From positions 608,001 through 672,000 of the forward strand of contig JBMNFY010000017.1 of assembly GCA_050949565.1 (NCBI GenBank): a DNA stretch of 64,000 nt, given 5' to 3'. A program made the translations under genes and the position numbers. Of the stretch, positions 48,322 through 59,108 are shown in pieces. Each line of letters begins with the position of its first letter. Position 1 is the stretch's first letter. The DNA comes from Kiritimatiellia bacterium. Lineage in GTDB: Bacteria > Verrucomicrobiota > Kiritimatiellia > RFP12 > UBA1067. Under the pieces are notes generated by a model. That model had not been told where the DNA came from. It saw nothing but the letters and a program-made list of their open reading frames with translations, and did not search any database.

Positions 48322-49437
48322 ATGAAGGAAACGCGACATCAACCCCCTCTGGGCCAGTTGTGGAACAGCATCCAGTCATGGCTCTTCCCGATGCTGGAGG
48401 ACGAGATCGGGGAACTCGACGAGAAGCACCGCCAGTTCGTCGCGGTCTGCGAGCTGTGCGCCCCGCAGGATCACATGGGCGCCTACCGCTGGTGCGGCAA
48501 CGGCTGCCCGCCGTGCGACCGGCTGGCGATGTGCAAGGCGTTCATAGGCAAGACCGTCTGGAACTTCGACACCACGAGCGGCCTGATCGACGCCATCCGC
48601 CACCGTCCGGCCCTGCGCCGGCTGTGCGGCTGGGAGACGCTCGGCGAAGTGCCCTCGGCGTCGACCTTCTCGCGCGCCTTCGCCGAATTCGCCAAAAACG
48701 GGTGCCCGCAGGAAATCCACGAGGCGATGGTCAAGGCCCGCTATGGCGACAAGCTCGCCGGGCACGTCAGCCGCGACGCCACCGCGATCCGCGCCCGCGA
48801 GAAGGCCGCGGCCAAGCCGGAGACGGCCCCCGCCCCCGAGCGCGGCAAACGCGGCCGGCGCAGGAAGGGCGAGCCCCCGGCGCCGCCGCCGGATCCGACA
48901 CGGCTGCAACTGCAGCTCAACCGCGGCTTGAAGGAAAACCTGGCCGACCTGCCCGCGTCCTGCGACTGGGGCTGCAAGAAGAACAGCAAGGGCAAGACAG
49001 AATGCTGGCGCGGCTACAAGGCCCATCTGGACGTGATCGACGGCGATATCCCGGTCAGCTTCATACTCACTTCCGCCAGCCTGCACGACAGCCAGGCCGC
49101 CATCCCGCTGGCGCAGATGACCGCCGGACGGATCGTCAACCTCTATGATCTGGCCGACGCCGCCTACGACGCCAAGGAGATCCGCGAGATGTCGGCGCGG
49201 CTGGGGCACGTGGCGCTCATCGACCACAACCCGCGCCGGGGCGAGAAGATCGAGTTCTCCCCGGCGGAAGCCCGGCGCTACCACGAACGCACGGCCGTCG
49301 AGCGCGTCAACAGCCATCTGCACGAAGAGCACGGCGGACGGAACGTCCGGGTGCGCGGCCCGGCGAAGGTGGCGGCGCATCTGGCCTTCGGGCTGCTGGT
49401 CATCGCCGCCGAGCAGATGCTCAGAATGCTTCCCTGA
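48322..49437 (+). CDS. DDE transposase
   Basis: AAGGAG RBS; LRRLCG...PSASTFSR, SRDATAI, GYKAH, LHDSQ, DAAYD, Y.ERTAVERVNS.L. Confidence 0.93.
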   Translation: MKETRHQPPLGQLWNSIQSWLFPMLEDEIGELDEKHRQFVAVCELCAPQDHMGAYRWCGNGCPPCDRLAMCKAFIGKTVWNFDTTSGLIDAIRHRPALRRLCGWETLGEVPSASTFSRAFAEFAKNGCPQEIHEAMVKARYGDKLAGHVSRDATAIRAREKAAAKPETAPAPERGKRGRRRKGEPPAPPPDPTRLQLQLNRGLKENLADLPASCDWGCKKNSKGKTECWRGYKAHLDVIDGDIPVSFILTSASLHDSQAAIPLAQMTAGRIVNLYDLADAAYDAKEIREMSARLGHVALIDHNPRRGEKIEFSPAEARRYHERTAVERVNSHLHEEHGGRNVRVRGPAKVAAHLAFGLLVIAAEQMLRMLP

Positions 49438-49681
49438 CCGGCCCCGCGGCAGACTGCCCTCCCTGAAAACCCGCCCGCGACCGGGCGGAGGCGCCGGGGT
49501 CTGCCCGGAAACATCCGAAAAACGGGAAAAACGCCCTGTCGCGTCCGTTTTTCAGCAACCGCTGCGCCTCTTCGTCAGAAAATCCTGCAAAATCCCTTGC
49601 GTGCAGGCGTGGCACGGGCATCCTGCCCGTGTTTCATGGGCGGGACGCCCATGTCACGAGGGGGTTTTGCAAGAGCCTCGG

Positions 49682-50659
49682 TTACTCGGGACGGATGCCC
49701 AGTCGGCGTTCGAGGTCGCGGTCACGCGCGCCCCCGAGCTTCACGGCCTGGCGATAATACATTTCGGGCTCGTCGAGCTTGCCGGGCGTCATCTCCAGCA
49801 ACAGCCATGCCATATTGAGATAGCTGTCCGGACGTTTCGGATTGACCTTGAGTGCCTTGTCCAGCGTGGTCATGGCGCGGGAGTAGCCGCCGGATGCCGC
49901 ATAACAGCCTGCGGCCAGCAACAAAACCGATTCGTCGTCCGGCACATCCTGCAAAAGGTCGTCCAAGACCACCAGAGCGTCGCGGTGCTTGCCTTGCTGC
50001 ACATTCGACAACGCCATCAACAGACGGGCATCGACATTTTCGGGATCCTGCTTCAACACTTTGATCAACGAGGCCTCGACCTCATCGAAACGGTCGACAG
50101 ACAACATGTCCTTGGCCCACTCCAACTCACTGCGGATGTTGACGGGTTTCCCCGTCTCCTTTTTTCCGTCGGCTGTCGCGTCGGACGCAGGCTCAGGCAC
50201 TTCGCCTTTTTTAGGAGCCAGCTTAACCGCCACTTCCGGCAGGTTGTTGGTTTCGGCCTCCTTCTTACGGGCCGCGCGCTTGGCCGCTAGTGTTGACGTA
50301 TCGGTAACTGCCACGGTCCGAGCCGTGGCGTTCATCTCTTCGAGCATGATGCGGTCGATCTCAGTCTCGCACAGCGCCTTACGGAAAAGGACTGGCGCGA
50401 ACTCAGAGCTTGTGGCGCGTGCGGGGTTCTCGCGCTCCAGGCGCACCAGTTCGGCGAGCGCCTTGCGGTACCCCTCGATGGCCTCCTTGGCTTTGCCATC
50501 GATATACGCAGCCGAGGCCTCTGACATCATATCGTTGGCCGGTTGAAGCAACTCAGTGACTTTGGGCTCCTTGTCTTTGCTTTTGCTCCAAACATCCAGA
50601 GGAATGGCGCAAACCCAGGCACCCAACAGGAAAAGGCAGATCGTTTTACAAGCACGCAT
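49682..50659 (-). CDS. Exported tetratricopeptide repeat protein
   Basis: Signal peptide; several TPR-like ...L...P.N/D helical units. Confidence 0.85.
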   Translation of the reverse strand: MRACKTICLFLLGAWVCAIPLDVWSKSKDKEPKVTELLQPANDMMSEASAAYIDGKAKEAIEGYRKALAELVRLERENPARATSSEFAPVLFRKALCETEIDRIMLEEMNATARTVAVTDTSTLAAKRAARKKEAETNNLPEVAVKLAPKKGEVPEPASDATADGKKETGKPVNIRSELEWAKDMLSVDRFDEVEASLIKVLKQDPENVDARLLMALSNVQQGKHRDALVVLDDLLQDVPDDESVLLLAAGCYAASGGYSRAMTTLDKALKVNPKRPDSYLNMAWLLLEMTPGKLDEPEMYYRQAVKLGGARDRDLERRLGIRPE

Positions 50660-50672
50660 GTTCAAACACTCC

Positions 50673-50772
50673 GAGGCTTTTGCAAAACCCCTCGTGGCAT
50701 GGGCGTCCCGCCCATGAAGCACGGGCAAGATGCCCGTGCCACAACTACAGGCAAGGGTTTTGCAAGAACCTC
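50673..50772. mobile_element. 100-bp MITE with IS-type TIRs and a 5-bp target duplication
   Basis: GAGGCTTTTGCAAAACCC...GGGTTTTGCAAGAACCTC; ACTCC on both flanks; internal REP-like hairpin pair. Confidence 0.85.
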
Positions 50773-50794
50773 ACTCCGAGTTGGCCCAAACATA

Positions 50795-51595
50795 TCACAC
50801 ATCGGGGACCACCTTCACGCATAAAAAGAGCGGCTCGTCGGGGTTCACGCCGTAGCGGCGGGCATCAATCGCCGGCAAGCACTCGGCATGCTTGACGAGC
50901 GTGAGCTGAAATCCGGGCGCACGGATGCGGTCGAACAGGTCGCACCCGTAGAGCCGCACATGATCCTCCTGCCCGTAGAACTCAATGCGCTTGGCGTCCG
51001 TCGCAATTTCCGGATCCTCTAAGCTCGTTTCCAGGCCCGAGGCGAACGGGGTTTGCAGGATGGCGCTCCCCCCCGGACGCAGGACACGCCAGATTTCATT
51101 GAGTGCGCGCGCATCGTCCGGCACATGCTCCAGAACGTGGTTGCAGATCACCCAATCGAACGAAGCATCGGCGTGAGGGATTTGCGTCACATCAATGCGC
51201 TCCACCCCTTCACGGCTCGGAACGAGGTCGCCTTTGACATACCGTTCCGGTTGACACGTCTCGATACGCGCGGCGAGATGTTTTTCCGGCGCCAGATGCA
51301 GGATCGACGCGCCCGCCAACTTGCCCCAGATGCCCAGTTGGTCGAAGTAGAGCATCAGGTGGCGCTCGCGGTCATGGCTGCGACAGAAGGGACACCAGAA
51401 GTTATCGAAATCGCTGCCGGTCCATTTGACATTGTGCAGGTAGGGCGAAAAGCTTTTCCAGCCGCCGCGGAATCGCGAGAAACGGAAAAAGCTGTGACCG
51501 CAGACGCAGCACTGCCGCGCACGGCCGAGGCCATTCACAAAACGCCGCATCCGCCGCAGCGCACCGACCTTCTCCTGTTTGGCCCGGTATTCCAT
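50795..51595 (-). CDS. Class I SAM-dependent methyltransferase with N-terminal Cys pairs
   Basis: C..CG, CPFC.S..RER, ILHLAPE, FDWVICNHVLEHV, RVLRPGG, GQEDHVR.YG. Confidence 0.85.
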   Translation of the reverse strand: MEYRAKQEKVGALRRMRRFVNGLGRARQCCVCGHSFFRFSRFRGGWKSFSPYLHNVKWTGSDFDNFWCPFCRSHDRERHLMLYFDQLGIWGKLAGASILHLAPEKHLAARIETCQPERYVKGDLVPSREGVERIDVTQIPHADASFDWVICNHVLEHVPDDARALNEIWRVLRPGGSAILQTPFASGLETSLEDPEIATDAKRIEFYGQEDHVRLYGCDLFDRIRAPGFQLTLVKHAECLPAIDARRYGVNPDEPLFLCVKVVPDV

Positions 51596-51606
51596 ACACG
51601 TCCCTT

Positions 51607-52380
51607 TCAACTGCCGATATGCGCCTCACCGGAGTAGACCGGCACCGCTCCCTGCGGCGTCACCAACCGCAACGCGCCATCCGGCAGAATGCCGTCCGCA
51701 CGGCCCGCCAGACGGGTTCCCGCCTGATCCACCTCAATCTCCTGCCCGCGCAACGCATCCCGTTGCGCCAGGCGCGGCAACAACGGCTCAAGCCCCTCGA
51801 CACGCCAGCAGTCGTAAAGTGGCTCAAACGCATTCAAGATCGCAGCCAGCACTGCCTCGCGCGAGAAGTCGCGCCCCGTTGCGATACGCAACGAGGTGGC
51901 GCGTTCACGCAACTCGACGGGCAGCATGGCGCACGTAAGATTAACGTTCACGCCGATACCGAGCGTGATGTGGTGAACACGACCGGTCTCAGCCTGCATC
52001 TCGCAGAGCACGCCGCAGAGTTTGCGGCCGCCACTCAGAATATCGTTGGGCCACTTGATCATCGGCGCACAGGCCGGCGCCGTCTGTTCGAGCGCCTCGG
52101 CAACCGCCAGCCCCGCCACCAATGGCAACGAGGCGGCATGCCCCGGCTCGATCATCGGACGCAGCAGCAGAGAGAAATAGAGATTCACGCCGGGCGGAGA
52201 GAACCAGACGCGCGTCATGCGGCCGCGCCCCGCGCTCTGCTGGTCAGCGACAACCACCACCCCTTCCGGCGCACCGGTCTGCGCCAGCGCCGCAATATCA
52301 CGGTTGGTTGAGACGCTCTCCGCCACATAGCGCAAGTCGCGTCCGATCCGCTGCGTGGTTAAAAGTGATGCCAGTGTCAT
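51607..52380 (-). CDS. birA: Biotin--protein ligase without an N-terminal HTH
   Basis: STN, QSAGRGRMTRVW.SP, KWPND, KLCGVLCE, GIGVN. Confidence 0.95.
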   Translation of the reverse strand: MTLASLLTTQRIGRDLRYVAESVSTNRDIAALAQTGAPEGVVVVADQQSAGRGRMTRVWFSPPGVNLYFSLLLRPMIEPGHAASLPLVAGLAVAEALEQTAPACAPMIKWPNDILSGGRKLCGVLCEMQAETGRVHHITLGIGVNVNLTCAMLPVELRERATSLRIATGRDFSREAVLAAILNAFEPLYDCWRVEGLEPLLPRLAQRDALRGQEIEVDQAGTRLAGRADGILPDGALRLVTPQGAVPVYSGEAHIGS

Positions 52381-52997
52381 GTGAAGTAGGGATTGCTTCG
52401 TTTCTCCGCTCCCAACGTGGTCATCGGACCATGCCCGCATATCACACGCGTCTCATCCGGCAACTCCTGCAAGCGCCGCAACGAAGCCTGCAACTCATCC
52501 CAACTGCCGCCCGGGAAGTCGGTGCGCCCGACCGACCCTGCAAAGAGCGTGTCGCCCGCGACCAGCAAGCCGTCGGCCTCGAAATACAGGCACCAGCCGC
52601 CGGGCGTATGTCCCGGCGTGTGGATCAAACGCGCCGTCAATCCGCCGAACGACAGCGTATCGTCATCGCGCTTACTCGTGTCCAGCGTGGCCGGACGGCG
52701 CGTCGCCGGATAGGGCGGCATCGCGTTCAGCGGCGAGAAGGCGAATGTCACGTCGTCCGCATGCAGATAGACCGGCACCGGATGAGCGGCGACGATGTCG
52801 TTCACCGCCGAGATGTGATCAAAATGGGCATGCGTCAGCACGACGGCGGCCGGCGTGAGCCCGTTGCGCCGCAGGGCTTCCAGCAGCGTGCCGCCATCCG
52901 CGCCGGGGTCCACCACCCACGCCTGATCCGGCTCCTGCCAAAGCAACACACTGTTCGCCGCGTACGGCCCGACTGGAATCACCTCGATATGGATCAC
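52377..52997 (-). CDS. MBL-fold metallo-hydrolase (glyoxalase II-like)
   Basis: THAHFDH, TPGHTPG, GDTLF..SVGRTD, GHGP.TT...EK..NP. Confidence 0.92.
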   Translation of the reverse strand: MIHIEVIPVGPYAANSVLLWQEPDQAWVVDPGADGGTLLEALRRNGLTPAAVVLTHAHFDHISAVNDIVAAHPVPVYLHADDVTFAFSPLNAMPPYPATRRPATLDTSKRDDDTLSFGGLTARLIHTPGHTPGGWCLYFEADGLLVAGDTLFAGSVGRTDFPGGSWDELQASLRRLQELPDETRVICGHGPMTTLGAEKRSNPYFT

Positions 52998-53011
52998 ACC
53001 CCTACTCCCGT

Positions 53012-53849
53012 TCACTGTCCCGCGCGGCGCACACAGCGGAAGCCGCCGAACACACTCGCCTCGCCATTGCCGCTGTTCTCACTGCGGTAGCCGCACCGCA
53101 CGCCGCCGCCGTCCGCATCCCAGCTCCCGCCGCGGAAGGTGCGGCTGGCACCCTTCGGCGCCCAGCACCACTCCCAGACATTGCCTGCCATGTCGTAGAG
53201 CCCGAAACCGTTGGGCTCGAACGACGCAACCGGAGAAGTGTAGGGCATCGCCGCCTTGGCGTAATCCGGATGGTGCCCGCGCGTCGTGCTCACATCGTTG
53301 GTGTCGCCAGCGAGAGCTGAAATAGTTGGCCTGCTTCTGGCTGATGGTATCGCCCCACGGATAGCGTTTGCCGACCTGCCCGCCGCGCGCCGCGTACTCC
53401 CACTCGATATGGGTGGGTAGCCGGTAACCGGAAGCCGAGAACGAACAGTCGGGCGCGCCGCCCGAACGGCGGCATATCACGCCGCCCACGCGGTAGCAGG
53501 GGCCGAGCCCCTCCTTCTCGCTGCGGGCGTTGCACCACTTGACGCTGTCGACCCAGTTGACGCCCTGCACCGGATGGTCATCCGCCTTGCCGGCGCCCAC
53601 ACCGGCCAGATCGTCGTACCCGTTAGTGACCGCCCAATCGCGCACCTCACGCCAGTGGGCCCACGTCACCTCGGTCGCATCCATGTGGAAAGGCTCCTCC
53701 ACCGTCAGCGCATAGTCGCCGAAATCCGGATCCTTCCCTTCGTTGGTACCCGCCGGTATCCGCACCGCCGCCGGGCGGCCCACACCCTCTGCGGCCCATC
53801 CGGCCCATGCCAGCGCCGCTATCGTCACACACATCACACCGCGCATCAT
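53012..53849 (-). pseudogene. FGE-sulfatase (SUMF1) domain protein, frameshifted near 53315
   Basis: 5' frame has TEVT, HPV..VNW, YRLPT..EWEYAARGG, YPWG; 3' frame has NGFGLYDMAGNVWEWC, RGGSW, GFRCVR. Confidence 0.85.
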
Positions 53850-53972
53850 GCTCCCCGATCTCCTTAAAAAAAATGGCTTACCGCAACGGGAGTCCCCGCC
53901 AGAATGCGGCATTTCGACTTTCATTATGTGGGGGGGCGGAAAAACAGTCAATCCCGTTCTGCAATCGTTTCA

Positions 53973-54375
53973 TTTTTCACACTTCGGCGTTCTGAGTTGG
54001 GCGTTCGGTATTCTGCGTTCAAAAAGCCGAGCACAGCTTTTACACTCGCCGTTGCGAGCCACTTTTTGTGACCACAGAGAGGTCACAAAGACGAGATTAA
54101 AACCTCACCATGCAGCCGCGCCGCGCCCATGATCATTCACAGCATTTGGGGGCACTTTGTGGGCGGTCTCCGCGCACAACGCCATTGCATGCCCTGTGCG
54201 CACCCGGTGCCCGTACACTCGCCAGTTTTTACACTCATCATTGTGACCACTGAGTGGTCGCAATAATCGATACCGATACCGATTCCGATAGCGATACCGA
54301 TTCCGACGGGGCCTCTCTCCACGCGCAGTTCCTGAAACCAGCCTCTGCGTCTCTGCGCCTCTGCGTTAAAAAAAA
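53973..54375. repeat. Intergenic mosaic (heptamer, palindrome, CGAT(A/T)(C/G) hexamer array, C(C/T)CTGCG x3 + TTAA)
   Basis: Directly visible; related hexamer array at 60568-60596. Confidence 0.8.
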
Positions 54376-54417
54376 CGCGCCCCGCCCGCGCGGCTGAAAC
54401 CGCGCGTGACGGAGCGC
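54367..54417 (-). terminator. Intrinsic terminator of the chaperone operon
   Basis: GC-rich hairpin followed by a long T-tract just after the groEL stop. Confidence 0.8.
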
Positions 54418-54434
54418 TGACGGCTCTGCGTCTC

Positions 54435-56060
<1,626 letters not shown>

Positions 56061-56096
56061 TTTAGAATTCTCCTTGAGGAGTCATTGTGAATGTGT

Positions 56097-56387
56097 TTAC
56101 AGAATCACGCCCAGCAGGTCATCTTCGCGAACGAGCTGGTAGGTCTTTTCGTCAATCTTGATTTCCGTGCCGCCGTACTTGGGCAGGAGCACTTTGTCGC
56201 CGGCCTTCACGTCGAACGGAATCTCTTTGCCGTCCTCATCACGCTTCTTACCGACGGCAATGACCTTACCCTCCATCGGCTTCTCTTTGGCAGAATCGGG
56301 AATAATGATACCGCCTTTGCTGACTTCCTTAACGTCAAGTGGCTCGACCAACACGCGGTCGCCGAGCGGACGAATCTTTGTCGCCAT
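56097..56387 (-). CDS. groES: Co-chaperonin GroES
   Basis: [29 protein letters not shown]. Confidence 0.98.
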   Translation of the reverse strand: MATKIRPLGDRVLVEPLDVKEVSKGGIIIPDSAKEKPMEGKVIAVGKKRDEDGKEIPFDVKAGDKVLLPKYGGTEIKIDEKTYQLVREDDLLGVIL

Positions 56388-56463
56388 GTTTTTTCTCTCC
56401 TTTTTGGGGTTAAGTTCGGAGGGGGCAGTCACCCCGCCCCCTTACGATTGTTTCGGGTTAAAA

Positions 56464-58408
56464 TCAGTTCTTCTTGTCGTCGTCCATCATGGTGTAGTCG
56501 GCATCGATCACGCCGTCATCACCAGGCGTTTTCGCGGACGAGGCCGAGGAGTCCTCGGTCGCGGTGCCGCTGTCGGACGCGCCGCCGAAGCCTTCCGCAC
56601 CGGGCTGGCCATCCGGCTGCTGGGCGTACATGCCCTCGGTCACGGCGGACATCGCCTTGTTGAGCGCTTCCTGCTTGGCCTTGATCTCGTCGATAGACCC
56701 GCCCTTCAGCGCCTCCTTCAGATCCGCAACCGCCTTCTCGACCGGTGCCTTCTTGTCGGCCGGGATCTTGTCGGCGCTCTCCGAGAGCAACTTCTCGACC
56801 TGATAGCAGAGGTTCTCCGCCTGGTTGCGCGTCTCGACCTCCTCGCGCCGCTTGGCGTCCTCGGTCGCGTGCATTTCGGCGTCCTTGCACATGCGGTCGA
56901 TCTCTTCCTTGGAGAGACCGCTGGAGGCCGTGATCGTGATCTTCTGCTCCTTGCCGGTGCCGAGATCCTTGGCGCTGACATTGAGGATGCCGTTGGCGTC
57001 GATATCGAAGGACACCTCGATCTGCGGGCGTCCGCGCGGTGCGGGCGGGATGCCGTCCAGATGGAACTTGCCGATGGTCTTGTTGTCGCCGGCCATCTTA
57101 CGCTCGCCCTGGAGCACGTGGATCTCGACCGACGGCTGGTTATCCGCCGCCGTGCTGAAGATCTCGCTCTTCTTGGTCGGGATCGTCGTGTTGCGCTCGA
57201 TGAGGGGCGTCATCACGCCGCCGAGCGTCTCGATGCCGAGCGTCAGCGGGGTCACGTCCAGCAACAGCACGTCCTTGACCTCGCCCTTGAGGATGCCGCC
57301 CTGAATCGCCGCGCCGACCGCCACCACCTCGTCGGGGTTGACGCCCTTATGCGGCTCTTTGCCGAACAGCTCCTTGGCCTTCTCCTGCAACTCTGGGCAT
57401 GCGCGTCTGGCCTCCGACCAGCACCACCTCGTCAACGGTCTTAAGATCGGCATCGTCCATGCACTTGCGGCAAGGTTGCGCCGTGCGCTCAATCAAGTCA
57501 TCGGTAAGCTGCTCCAGCTTGGCGCGGGTCAACGTGACCATCAGATGCTTGGGGCCACTGGCGTCTGCCGTGATAAAGGGCAGGTTGATGTCGGTGTTGG
57601 CCGCCGAAGAGAGTTCGCACTTGGCCTTCTCCGCAGCCTCCTTCAGGCGCTGCAGGGCCATCATGTCCTTGGAGAGGTCGATCCCGTTCTCCTTGCGGAA
57701 CTCTTCGATCAGCCAGTTCATCACCGCCTGGTCGAGATCGTCGCCGCCGAGATGGGTATCGCCGTTGGTGGCCTTCACCTCGAACACGCCGTCGCCGATG
57801 TCGAGCACCGAAATATCGAACGTGCCGCCGCCGAAGTCGTAGACCGCGATCTTCTCATCCTTTTTCTTGTCCAGCCCATACGCCAGCGAAGCGGCCGTCG
57901 GCTCATTGATGATACGCAGCACTTCGAGCCCCGCGATACGTCCCGCGTCCTTGGTGGCCTGGCGCTGGCTGTCATTAAAGTACGCCGGCACCGTGATGAC
58001 GGCCTGCGTGATCGTGGTACCAAGATAAGCCTCGGCATCGGCCTTCAGCTTCTGCAAGATCATCGCCGAAATCTCCGGCGGCGAATAGGTCTTGTCGTCG
58101 ATCTTCACATGGGCGTCGCCGTTCGCGGCGCGCACGACCTCGTACGGCACCATCGAGACCTCATTCGCCATCTCATCATAACGGCGTCCCATGAACCGCT
58201 TGATCGAATAGACCGTGTTCTTGGGGTTGGTCACCGCCTGCCGCTTGGCCGCCTGGCCCACCAGACGCTCACCACTCTTGGTGAACGCAACAATGGACGG
58301 CGTCGTGCGCATCCCTTCAGCGTTCGGGACCACGACCGGCTCGCCGCCTTCCATAACGGACATGCAGGAGTTGGTCGTTCCTAAGTCAATTCCTAAAACT
58401 TTTGCCAT
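56464..58408 (-). pseudogene. dnaK: Chaperone DnaK with a one-base frameshift near 57389 (possible sequencing error)
   Basis: GIDLGTTNS...[12 protein letters not shown] in one frame, [25 protein letters not shown] in the next; sequence reads AGA GTT G CAG. Confidence 0.95.
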
Positions 58409-58482
58409 AGTTGTTCTCTGCTCCATTCCATCCGTCTGGGTTCTCGCTGTAACAAAACGAATGCGACGGACGCCCTTAATCA

Positions 58483-58498
58483 AGCAACCGACATGCCA
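58483..58498 (-). promoter_or_regulatory. Putative sigma54 (-24/-12) promoter of dnaK-groES-groEL
   Basis: TGGCATGTCGGTTGCT with exact GG-N10-GC spacing, about 75 bp upstream of the ATG. Confidence 0.7.
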
Positions 58499-58654
58499 TC
58501 TTTTTTAAACACATTTGACGAAACAATACATAACATGCTTAACCACAACGTGTTATGACTTTTTCACCCCGTCTCTGCCCATTTGATCGGGACACGCTCG
58601 AAAACATTATGTCACACCCAATCTGTCACTTTGAGCCAAAATCGGGCAATTATG

Positions 58655-58765
58655 TCTCACACAAAGGCACAAAGGACGCGAAGGGGTTTTTGGAGCCTGC
58701 TCGGGGTTTGTTTAACGCAGAGGCGCAGAGACGCAGAGGTGTGGCACGGGCATCTTGCCCGTGTC
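58655..58765. repeat. 9-mer and 8-mer arrays plus a half REP
   Basis: CACAAAGG array; TTTAACGCAGAG...GTGGCACGGGCATCTTGCCCGTG shared with 37714-37759. Confidence 0.8.
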
Positions 58766-58821
58766 TGGAGTGCAAGCACTGCTAAAAAACGCGGGCTGCA
58801 CAGAGGTTGCCGGCGGCTCAA

Positions 58822-59001
58822 TCAATCGTCGATCAATGTGCCGAGTTTGTTCAGAACATCATGCACGACTTCTTGGGTGGGCGCACAACAAAAAGATGCC
58901 TGACGCGCCTTCCAATCCAGACTTTTCACCTGATCTGCCAGAATCACGCCGGACACCTGTAGCCCGTGCGGAAGGGCAACCTCGAAGGGATATCCTACCA
59001 T
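58822..59001 (-). pseudogene. mazF: C-terminal half of a MazF/PemK toxin
   Basis: Hand translation MVGYPFEVALPHGLQVSGVILADQVKSLDWKARQASF...LGTLIDD matches the MazF GYPFEV / LADQVKS.DW.AR signature; 5' half absent. Confidence 0.85.
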
Positions 59002-59108
59002 CCTTCCTTTCCAACGGCGGCTCCGCTTGAAATCTCATCATGCCGGTTGTAGTAGTTGCACGTCGCGCACTTCTTATCCGTCACTCTGAATGTTCCATAG
59101 GCGCTCAT
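58995..59108 (-). CDS. 37-aa CxxC small ORF or gene fragment
   Basis: MSAYGTFRVTDKKCATCNYYNRHDEISSGAAVGKEGW; ATGA overlap with the upstream stop. Confidence 0.4.
   Translation of the reverse strand: MSAYGTFRVTDKKCATCNYYNRHDEISSGAAVGKEGW

Larger units (their letters stand above)
47958..49679 (+). mobile_element. Complete insertion sequence (DDE, IS5/IS1182-like)
   Basis: Perfect 19-bp TIRs GAGGCTCTTGCAAAACCCC (47958-47976 and 49661-49679); no target duplication visible; family assignment tentative. Confidence 0.9.

Noticed and set aside
53012-53150. DGR variable region in the FGE-domain C-terminus
   Set aside because: FGE folds are common DGR targets, but no template repeat or reverse transcriptase was seen
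56420-56443. Terminator between dnaK and groES
   Set aside because: Hairpin lacks a U-tract; at most a stability or processing element
56464-58408. Naturally split two-gene DnaK
   Set aside because: Break is inside the ATPase domain and the 3' part has no credible start
58409-58800. CIRCE operator
   Set aside because: No TTAGCACTC-N9-GAGTGCTAA match seen
58955-59010. c-di-GMP riboswitch-like GGCAACC..GAAGGGA on the plus strand
   Set aside because: Better explained as the antisense of the mazF fragment
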